A stretch of 64,000 nucleotides of DNA from Octopus vulgaris (Eukaryota): positions 16,554,001 to 16,618,000 of the forward strand of contig OX597816.1 of assembly GCA_951406725.2 (NCBI GenBank), written 5' to 3'. The notes below the pieces were generated by a model. That model did not search any database. It saw only the letters and a list, made by a program, of their open reading frames with translations, and was not told where the DNA came from. Shown piece by piece: positions 54,218 to 64,000 of the stretch. The translations under genes and the position numbers were made by a program. How positions within the stretch are numbered: the first letter of the stretch is position 1; every line of letters starts with the position of its first letter.

Positions 54218-54255
54218 CTGTTACTCTGAGTTGCCCGTTGCCGTTCATCGGACAG
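54218..54255 (-). ncRNA. Degenerate minimal hammerhead in a short insert within (TA)n
   Basis: ctgt-CCGATGA-acggcaacgg-GCAA-ctcagag-TA-acag. Helix I pairs; two core substitutions. Confidence 0.5.
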
Positions 54256-54612
54256 TTTTTGCTATACATGTATATATATAACAGGCTTCTTTCAAGCTCC
54301 ATCTACAAAATGCACTCATATGTGTAAACTGAGGAAATTTGGCTATAAAAGCACAGCCATAGTCGTGATCAAAGTCCTCCTAAAATTAGACTGACATGTG
54401 CTAATTTGTGAATGTGTATAAAGTACATTCACTCACACACACACACACACACACACACACATCATGCCTTTTATATATATATATCCACACATTTTTGTCT
54501 ACCGAAATTCTTTCACTCACAGGACCTTGGTTAACCTGGGGCTATGGAGAGAACACTTGCCTCTGTAAGTCCAGCCAAATGTGTTGAGAGTTGCTTTATT
54601 TGGTTTGTTCTG

Positions 54613-54652
<40 letters not shown>

Positions 54653-54653
<1 letters not shown>

Positions 54654-55567
54654 TGGGTCATCTCATAGAGAATGCGCTTTTTTTTTTTCAGTTGCTTGAA
54701 CTGGAGAGGGACAGGATAAACTAACTACCTGCATCAACTTGCTATAAAAGCAGGTAGTAATTTTACCTTGTACTTATTCTTAGTGCAAGTTTAGAAGAGT
54801 GCAGTTTGATTTTAACAGTTATTTTTTCAAAGCTATAATGGAAGTGACAAAGGAGCATATTCAGCATATTTTGCTTTATGAGTTCAATAAAGGCAACAAA
54901 GTGCAAGGAATATTAATGCAGCATATGGGGATCGGACAATAAGCGTAAGACAGTGTCAACAGTGGTTCCTGAAATTCTGTGCCGGAAATTACAGGCTAGA
55001 AGATAAGCCGCATCCTGGGAGATCTGTAGAGCTCAACAAAGACGTCCTGCAAACCCTGGTGGAACAAAATCCAATCGTAACTGTTAAGGAATTAGCAAAG
55101 AAGTTTGGATTTGGTCATTCAACCAGTCATTGAAGTGAGCGCTAGAAGAAAAATGACCGTCTTTGGTTTCAAGACAAAAGGTGTTCTTCCATCAGGATAA
55201 TGCATGGCCACATACAGCAAGGGTGACATTCCAAAGGCTTGAGCAATTTGAATGGGTAATGATGCCCCACCTACCATATTAATAGGACATTGCCCCATCT
55301 CATTATCATTTATTCCACAGTCTTCAAAATCATTTGGACATAAAAAATAGGAATTTTTCAGATGAGGTGAGGACAGTACTGGAGGAGGATTTTTCATCAG
55401 GGACAAGTGAATTTTGGAGGAGGGAGCCTTGAAAGTCTACCAGATAGAGGGAAGAGTATTGTAGAAAATGAAAGAGTATATTTTAGATTAAAATTGAACT
55501 TTGTTTATCTTAAGTTTGAAAAATAAAAGAAGTATAAAAAACCCACATCATTTATGGGATTACCCAA
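54653..55567 (+). mobile_element. Internally deleted mariner relic
   Basis: TA|ttgggtcatctcata...tatgggattacccaa|TA. N-terminus MEVTKEHIQHILLYEFNKG at 54838; HQDNA.PH and HLPY..DIAPSHYHLF relics at about 55190-55330. Confidence 0.85.
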
Positions 55568-55680
55568 TATATATATATATATATATATAGGGAGAGTTTA
55601 CGAAAAAATACAAAAGACAAAGACAGGTGGTGTACGAAACAAACAGATGTATTAGTATAAAGCTCAGGAATAGAAAAAGT

Positions 55681-55717
55681 CTTTTACGTTTCGAGCCTAC
55701 GCTCTTCTACAGAAAAG
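55681..55717 (-). ncRNA. Minimal Penelope-type hammerhead-like motif
   Basis: ctttt-CTGTAGA-a-gagc-gtag-gctc-GAAA-cg-TA-aaag in an insert (about 55590-55775) next to (TA)n. One core change (A6 to U). Confidence 0.55.
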
Positions 55718-57164
55718 GAAATAGAAAAAAACAAGGAGAGAAAACAAACGTGTAGTGGCTAACGATCTATCATGGTGTATGTATGTATGTGTGTGTGTTG
55801 TTGTTTGTCCCACCACCACTTAGGAGTTGATTTCTTTACTGCCCTCTAACTTAAAATTTCAGCAAAAGAGGTCAAATAAATGTACAAAATTTTATATAAA
55901 AAAAAGAATAAAAACAGTACTGGGGTCAATGTGATTGAATGTACATGCTGAGGCGATGCTACAACAAGGCTGCAATCCAATGACTGAAACCAGTAAAAGA
56001 GTAACATAGACTAATGAAGTAACTAGATGATTATTATGTGTTAATGCTGGTTTGAATATTATGGTATAAAACTGAGCGTTGCTTCTTAGAAAATGCACAG
56101 ACTCAACATGAACTCATACTGCATCATAAATGACTAGAATTATGAAGGATGTATACTTCAGTAATTCCTGAAGATTAATTCAACATAGCCTGTCATACTT
56201 GGTTAAAAAAGAAATTCTGCAAAAGTATTGAAGAATGCAAACTATTTATTATTTTAGAAATCTTGTTTCAACTAAAAGCAAATTCTAATACAATCTGTCA
56301 AGTATTCATTTTTTATTTTATTTAAATTTCAAACGTAGTATAACTTTGTTATTTAAACAAACCTAAACATGTATGCAAGAATACTATCTTACCAAATCCA
56401 AAATAACTTCAGATATAATATCAAGAGCTAACCTTTTATGAATAAGAGTCGAAAAAGTCTTGCAAAGTACTTCAGATAATTATTTTTGATGCAGTTTATT
56501 TGAAAATTGGATTTTTTCATAAAAGTTATTTAATTTTCTCCAAATCTTGAATTATAGCAGTTTTCTCATATTGTAATTAACAGAATTTTCTATTAGATTT
56601 TTACAGCTTGAACTTTTTCCTGTTTTCTTCTTCAAAGTTATTATTATAAGTTTTACTAGAATACACGCAATGCATGTATTTTTTGGGGGAGTTATCGCAA
56701 GTTATTTGCATGTTCAATTTTTGCTAATGATTATTTTTATTTTAAATTGTTTCTTTTTCTTTTTTTTTTTTAAATTCTTATTGCCAGTCATGATACAATA
56801 GGAACTATACACAAAATTCATGGTAAATGTCAATCTAGAGATAGAAGTTAAAGTTATCAGTAAATCACTGAAGGAGTTCAGTTGTTTTATTTTTTTTATG
56901 GCATGCCAATTATATTTTACAGATGAAGGAAATAAAATATAAAAAAATATTTGATTTCATTTGCTGAAACAATACCATTTTTTAAGGTCAACTTAAATTT
57001 TAATCAATTTGTTGCATGAGAAAAAATATAACAACAAACACATAAATACATTATTGTAAATAATAACATAAAAAAAGTGTCACTCCTTTCACTAACTCAG
57101 TTTCTGTAACATTAAGCAGATGGGAAAATATTGCTGCTGCTACTACTACTACTACTTATTATTA

Positions 57165-57650
57165 TTAAAGTGAGAGAGCAGCACACATCATCACAGTGAT
57201 GCTAGGGCCCAATATACCCATCAGGACTACCCGTCTGGTAAGGGTACACCAGGTATATGCATCACAACCATATGGAGACTTCATATCAAGGTAAATAGCC
57301 CATGACCTTGCAGGCAGGACCCAGTTAGAATTTTCTTCTGAGCCCATCCTGCTCAAAAAGGTCCCTGAATAAGGGTTGTTTAAGGATAATGAATGAAACA
57401 TCCATGTACCCAGGGGTGAATTATTCATCCACTATTCCTGCTTGTGTTCAGAGATGCACATACTGTAAGCCACCAAGGAACATGTTCGGCTGGTTACGGT
57501 CAAGCAACTGGAAAGCAAATCTGGTATTGAGCAGATTAGTTACTGTAGACTATTTCTACACCAATACAAAAGGAATGTACATGATAACACTTCCAACCAG
57601 TTAAGATCAGAAGTCACGAGAGCCACTGTCGGATATACAGCATCAGAATA
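57165..57650. mobile_element. Dispersed repeat family E
   Basis: Homologous to 10860-11195. Confidence 0.65.
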
Positions 57651-57675
57651 TATTATTGTTATTGTTATTATTAGT

Positions 57676-58711
57676 AAGGTGTTGAGCTGGCACAGTTATT
57701 AGCATGTCAGACTAAATGCCAAGTAGCATTTTGTCAGTATTCAAGTTCTGCTGAGATCGATTTTGCCTTTCACCCTTTCAGGGCTGATAAAATAGGCACC
57801 GACTGAGCATCAGGAAGTAATGTAATTAACTTACCCACCCCTCATATCTGCTGGCCTTGTGCCAAAACAAGGATTGTTATCATTATTGTAAAGTGGCAAG
57901 CTGGCAGAATTGTTAGCATGCCAGACAAAGAGGCTTTCATCTGTCTTTGCATTTTGAGTTTGACTTTGCCTTTCATTCTCTCAGGATTGATTAGATAAAG
58001 TACCAGCTGAGCACTGGGGTCATCATCATCATCATCGTTTAACATCCGCTTTCCATGCTAGCATAGGTTGGATGATTTGACTGAGGTCTGGTGAACCAGA
58101 TGGCTGCACCGCACCAGGCTTCAATCTTGATCTGGCAGAGTTTCTACAGCTGGATGCCCTTCCTAATGCTAACCACTCTGAGAGTGTAGTGGGTGCTTTT
58201 ATGTGCCACCGGCACGAGGGCCAGTCAGGCGGTACTGGCAATGGCCACTATCAAATGGAGCTTTTTATGTGCCACCTTCACAGGAACCAGTCCAGCGGCA
58301 CTGGCAACGACCTCACTCGAATCAGTGTAATCAATTATCCCTCTCTCCTCAAAATTACAGAACACTTGCCTGTAGTAGAAAAAATATTATTGTAAGGTAG
58401 AGAGAGAGAGAGAGAGAGAGAGTGAGAAGGCTGAATGATTATAGTATTGGAAAAACTGCTTCACAGCAATTTTTCAGATTTTCTGTTCTGAATTCAAATT
58501 CTACCAGGATTGACTTTGCTTTTCATCATTTTTAGGTATATGCGCAGGAGTGGCTGTGTGGTAAGTAGCTTGCTAACCAACCACATGGTTCTGGGTTCAG
58601 TCCCAATGCGTGGCATCTTGGGCAAGTGTCTTCTGCTATATCCCCGGGCCGACCAATACCTTGTGAGTGGATTTGGTAGACGGAAACTGAAAGAAGCCTG
58701 TCGTATATATG

Positions 58712-58744
<33 letters not shown>

Positions 58745-59790
58745 TTGTGTGTCTGTGTTTGTCCCCCTAGCATTGCTTGACAACCGATGCTGCTGTGTTT
58801 ACGTCCCCGTCACTTAGCTGTTCGGCAAAAGAGACCAATAGAATAAGTACTGGGCTTAGAAAGAATAAGTCCTGGGGTCGATTGCTCGACTAAAGGCGGT
58901 GCTCCAGCATGGCCGCAGTCAAATGACTGAAACAAGTAAAAGAGCAAAGAGTATATGAAATAAAAACCAGTTGAGCGCTGGGGGGTCAATGTAATCAACT
59001 AGCTTCCTCTTGCCAAATTTCACGCTTTGAGCCTATAGAAGAAAGGGTTATTCTCCTCCTCCTCCTCACCACCACCACCACCATGATCATCATCATTATG
59101 GTGACAAGCTAGCAGAACTGTTTGCATGCCAAGCAAAATGGTTAGTGACATTTGATTTGTCTTTACATTCTGAGTTCAAATTCAGCCAAGGTTGACTTAG
59201 CCTTTTATCCTTTTGGTATTGATAAATCAAGTACTAGTCAAGCACAGGTTGATGTAATCGACTTACTCTTCCCTCGAATTTCTGTCCTTGTGCCAAAATT
59301 TGAAATCATTATTATTATTATTATTATTATTATATTAAGGCATTGAGATTGCAGAACCATTAGCATATTGGGCGAAATGCTTGGCAGCCTTTCATCCGTC
59401 TTTACATTCTGCTGGGGTCGACTTTGCCTTTTATCCTTTTGGGGTCGATAAAATAAGTACCTATTTCTTTATTACCCACAAGGGGCTAAACACAGAGGGA
59501 ACAAACAAGGACAGACATAGGTATTAAGTTGATTATATCGACCCCAGTTCGTAACTGGTACTTAATTTATCGACCCTGAAAGGATGAAAGGCAAAGTCGA
59601 CCTTGGCGGAATTTGAACTCAATGTAACGCAGACGAAATACCGCTAAGCACTTCGCCCGGCGTGCTAACGTTTTCAGCCAGCTTGCCACCTTAAAATAAG
59701 TACCAATTGAACACTGGGGTTGATGTAATTGGCTCATACTCTCCCCCAAAATTGTTGCTCTTGTGGCAAAATTTGAAACCATTATTAATA
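57676..59790. mobile_element. Dense nested SINE cluster (family B fragments, C 58021-58320, A 58541-58952, B minus 59462-59692 nested in another B)
   Basis: Family motifs read directly. aaaataagtacc is duplicated around 59462-59692. Confidence 0.8.
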
Positions 59791-60842
59791 TTATTATTAT
59801 TATTATTATTAAAAACAAAAAAGAAAAGCATTATGTATCATGAGCAGAAACACAAATTCATTAAGACATGAATTCACAATCTATGAGCCTGTAGTCTAAT
59901 ATACCTACAATGATATTTCATTCCAAAATTAAGCTTGTGCTAATAGCTCTGTTTGTTTACTATTCATAGTATTCAAGCTTTGGGAGGTTTAATGTAATGC
60001 ACATAAACAAAAAAAATTACTAAATAAAAGAAGAAATTAATCTATTATATCAAGTGATATTATGTAATAATTATGTATTTTTACATAATATGAAATAATG
60101 GGTTTTTGTGAATAGGCTTCTTTTGGCTCAGAGAAAATAGGGAATTACATCATCTAGTTTCTTTTCAAAGCAGGTGTAAACCTTAGAGAAAATAACATAG
60201 CAGATAAAAATAATGAAATGTAGCTGAACACTTGACTTTTTGGTAGACTCATTAATACAGTGTTATGTTGTTTGTGAGAATATTTTCTGTAGAAGCATAG
60301 ATGTATGAGGAGACAGGATAATGACAGTCATTTAAATAAATGTCTGAAGTTAGTCGTTGAAAATAATCAGATAAGTCATTGGTCAAGAAATGTTCATAAT
60401 CATGTTCATAATGTATTACGAAAATCTCGATAAAAAAAAATCAAGCTAAAGTTAGCATTATAAAAAAAAATATACAAAAAATACATATGGTTGTTAAAGT
60501 AGAGAGCCTGTGGCATATTATTTAACTTATTTTAGTCTTTTCTGATAAAGAAAAAAAAATTGATACAATTCTGAGTTTATGGTTGTGTGGTTGGTATCAA
60601 AAGAGCCACCTAGACAAATTTCCTTCATCAAAATAATATAAAAATGATAAAATTCACAAAACAGCTGAGCCGATTGCTAGTATAATCATCACTATTGATA
60701 AATAATATATATATATATACAAAAATGTATGTGTGTGAGTGTGTACTATTTTGAGAAAGTTAAAATATTTTGAGGATATTTTAATTTAGTTCATCACATA
60801 ATATGTAAAAGTTTTTTTGTTTTTTAGTTGTTTTTATTATTA

Positions 60843-60875
<33 letters not shown>

Positions 60876-61575
60876 TGTAATTTCTTTCGTGGATCTCAAT
60901 TTGTCAGACTGAAAAACTTAACTTACTGATCAATAACAGTAAAAAAGAAAAAAAAAAGAGATATGAAATTTATTTTATATCTATGTTTTAGTTATAAATA
61001 TTTATCAGCAAGTCGGAATAATGATTTACACTTGAAAGAGAAACTCCTTTTTCAAAAAAGAACTTCAGAATCAATTTAAAAAAAAATAAAAATAAAAAAT
61101 AAATTCATAGCTGTATTATCCTTTCTCTAGTCCTGATTAACAACGATACAATATATTCTGTCTGGTTTACAGATAGAAATGTACCATCTAGAATTTTCCA
61201 GATTTCTTTTTTGAGATTTTTCTTTCTTTTTCGCAGTAACTTTCAACAAAATCTTCATCCCTTTTTACTAATGCATTAAGATAAATGTTTGAGAATAAAT
61301 TATTTCATTGATTTTTTTTTCTTACTGTCTATCAAAGACAGTCTAAAGTCAAGAGACTATGCTAAATAAAACTAAAAATATTTTACATTTATTCTGTACA
61401 AGATATTCTTTTATAGTTGCTGTATTCAAATGATCAATCTATATTTTTTCCCTTGGGGAAATTGCCTTAAATAACCCAATGTCAGAGATTAAAAGTACAG
61501 TAATAATAAGGTAGAAAAAAATAAAGTTACTCTGAAAGAATGCAAAGCATGGATATATGAAGTAAAGAAACTTAC

Positions 61576-61756
61576 TTTTGACAAATCCAGAGGATCTCTG
61601 CTGTTCATCATTTTATTGCGTGCAATCATATACACACCTCGGGAATGAAGATGATCTTTTAGAAGACGGTGGTACTCGGTAAATTCTTTGCCAACTTCAG
61701 CAATAGCCCCAATTTGCAGCCAGTTCATAGCCAAAAATAATTTTTCGTATACGTAT
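61576..61756 (-). CDS. Internal coding exon A of a Venus-flytrap-domain receptor (Venus kinase receptor-like; GABA-B-like alternative)
   Basis: Acceptor ttcccag (AG at 61758-61757) and donor gtaag (GT at 61575-61574). The 181 nt are 1 nt plus 60 codons: YVYEKLFLAMNWLQIGAIAEVGKEFTEYHRLLKDHLHSRGVYMIARNKMMNSRDPLDLSK. It ends in phase 0 and joins exon B. It resembles the VFT 'YVY..L....W......E.G...TEY' segment I recall from Venus kinase receptors. Confidence 0.85.
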
Positions 61757-62831
61757 CTGGGAAAAAGTTTTAAAATTTAAATTAAAATGTATTGGATAAA
61801 CTTTGTGATTTAACATGAGTACAAGTCTATTTAAAACCAACAAAAAGCTTATGGTGGAAATTGTTTGGGCAACATTGATTTTGCAGTTAATATTTAAGAC
61901 ATTTTAATGCAACTTCCATGAGTGAGACACACACATACAATTAATGTTCCTACTTCAATGAGAAAAAATGAATTTAACAAAAAAATATTGAATTTTTTTG
62001 AAATTCAATATGTAACTAGCTTTATTCATACAAAAATCAAAGAAAATAAATTGAGTTTTACTAGAAGATATATAGGCAAGCTGATAATTTTTTTGTATGA
62101 AGAGTTTAATAATTGGTTCAGAGTTGTTTACTCTCAAAGATTTACTACAATATGTTTTTAACAACACTAAATAGGCAGTGTTTACATGTAAGTAAATTCT
62201 GGTGGAAAAATAATTTATATTGAGATGTGGTCACAATTCCTATAATTAAACACACACAAATAGATTTTTCACTTAACTACTAAAAATATTTTGATTAACA
62301 ATCTCTTCAATTATTGTGAAAATTATTTTTCTCCAGTCAATGATCTTAAGCCACAAGGAATCTCAGTTTGATTTCAATACACATTTCTTTTTATCTTAAA
62401 TGAATGCCTTTTGATAAATTTTTCTAACGCAAATCTAATTAAAATCCATAATACAAGGGAACAAAAAATTCTACAGACATAAGCAGTGAATGATGGAAAA
62501 AGTAATCAGTTCTTTATTGTAGTATAATTAAAGTATAATCCACAAAGACCTCTATATACTTGTCTGATTTAAAATGATTATAACAACAGAACACAAAGAG
62601 TGACTGTTTAGATAGGTTGGTTTTGATGTGAAAGCGGTATTTCATTGAAGACATTAAATGATTCTTAACAAAGACAAATGCAACAGTTTTTGTGTAAGTT
62701 TCATAATATATGTGGTGAGACCTAAAAAAGAGAGCTGGGTATTGTTAAACTTAGCATCGGTAAAATTATTAAGCTGTTAGTTGTAAGTGTTAGTCAACTA
62801 AAATAAGGATTCACTTTTAATGGTTGCATTA

Positions 62832-62995
62832 TAGGTGTAGGAGTGGCTGTGTGGTAAGTAGCTTGCTTACCAACCACATGCTTCCGGGTTCAGTCCCACT
62901 GTGTGGCACCTTGGGCAAGTGTCTTCTACTATAGCCTTGGGCTGACCAAAGCCTTATGAGTGGATTTGGTAGATGGAAACTGAAAGAAGCTCGTC

Positions 62996-63029
<34 letters not shown>

Positions 63030-63087
63030 GAATGTGTTTGTGTGTCTGTGTTTGTCCCCCCAACATTGCTTGACAACCGATGCTGGT
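62832..63087 (+). mobile_element. SINE family A, 3'-truncated
   Basis: Head, core and microsatellite are present; it ends at gatgctggt. Confidence 0.85.
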
Positions 63088-63129
63088 AAAAGAGTATTAA
63101 ATGTTAATAAGTTATAACACAATAGATTT

Positions 63130-63715
63130 TTGAGCTTCAGCACAAGGCCAGAAATTTAGGGGCAAGTATTTATTACTTGATTCATATTTATGAAAGGATG
63201 AAAGACAAATTTGACTATTTGGGATATGAATTTAGAATGTAGAGGGATATAACTAAATATCACACTAAATTTTGTCTAGTACTGTACCAATTCTGTGATC
63301 ACATTTCCATAATAATAATTCTTTCTACTATGGGCACAAGGCCTGAAATTTTGAGGAGAGGGGCCAGTTGATTACATTAACTACAGTGCTCAATTGGTAG
63401 TGTAATGTTTTGGCCCCAAAAGGATGAAAGACGAAGTTGACCTTGGCTGCATTTGAAACTGTGATGTAAAGTCAGAAAAAATACTGCTAAGTATTTTGTG
63501 TTAACAATTCTGTCAGCTCACTGCATAATAATGATAATAGCAATAATAATTTTGGTTTGAAATTTTGGCACAATGCCAGCAATTTCGGGGGAACAGTAGG
63601 ACCATTACATCGACTCCCATACTCAACTATTACTTATTTTATCAATCCCCATGAGGATGAATAGCAAAGTCAACCTCGGCAAAATTTGAACACAGAATGC
63701 AAAAACAGATGGAAA
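63130..63715 (-). mobile_element. Three tandem decayed family B-type SINEs
   Basis: Repeated gcacaaggcc.gaaattt...aggatgaa..g.caa.gt..acct.ggc..atttgaa units. Confidence 0.6.
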
Positions 63716-64000
63716 TTATGATGATAATGATGATGATGTTGATGATGATGATACTACTAATAATCATTTGACACCAGTTATGTTAGCATGGCAGACAGAG
63801 AAATAGCTGAAATAATATGGAAAAATGTAAACTAGAGATTTTCATTGAATTCTTATGAAATATGATATGATAAAAAAAACTGTATTGCAATGAAATAGTC
63901 TTCAATGAGTAAACTACACAAGGATTAAAAGAATTGATAAAAGTGTAGTTTACACTTTGATATATAAAGGAAGATGTAGTTGAAAAGATCAGCGTATTGA

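Larger units (their letters stand above)
28213..61575 (-). other. 33,363-bp intron between exons A and B
   Basis: LDLSK|IFADL joins in phase 0 with no obvious missing domain segment. The intervening DNA is repeats and AT-rich sequence. Confidence 0.7.

Noticed and set aside
56113-56135. Minus-strand IYDAV resembling the next VFT motif YDAVW
   Set aside because: Followed by TGA, out of exon order, and lacking splice support.

Overview
AT-rich, microsatellite-laden animal genomic DNA. The repeat repertoire looks like an octopus/coleoid cephalopod (inference). The window lies inside one large minus-strand gene. Three GT-AG exons (61756-61576, 28212-28117, 25760-25488) splice in frame into a Venus-flytrap (ANF-receptor/GABA-B-like) ligand-binding domain. 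The best fit is a Venus kinase receptor; a GABA-B-like GPCR is the alternative. The rest is intron, filled with several SINE families, three mariner relics, MITEs and a probable Helitron. The most unusual signal is about 10 short elements, most in (TA)n tracts and most folded into head-to-head inverted repeats. They carry type I hammerhead ribozyme motifs with a palindromic helix III, as in Penelope-like elements and retrozymes. One is nearly intact (32695-32783), four cluster at 32.3-34.4 kb, and one element has a circularly permuted 466-bp unit. Most ORFs in the supplied track are spurious (SINE or microsatellite translations). Everything was read by eye; repeat boundaries are approximate.
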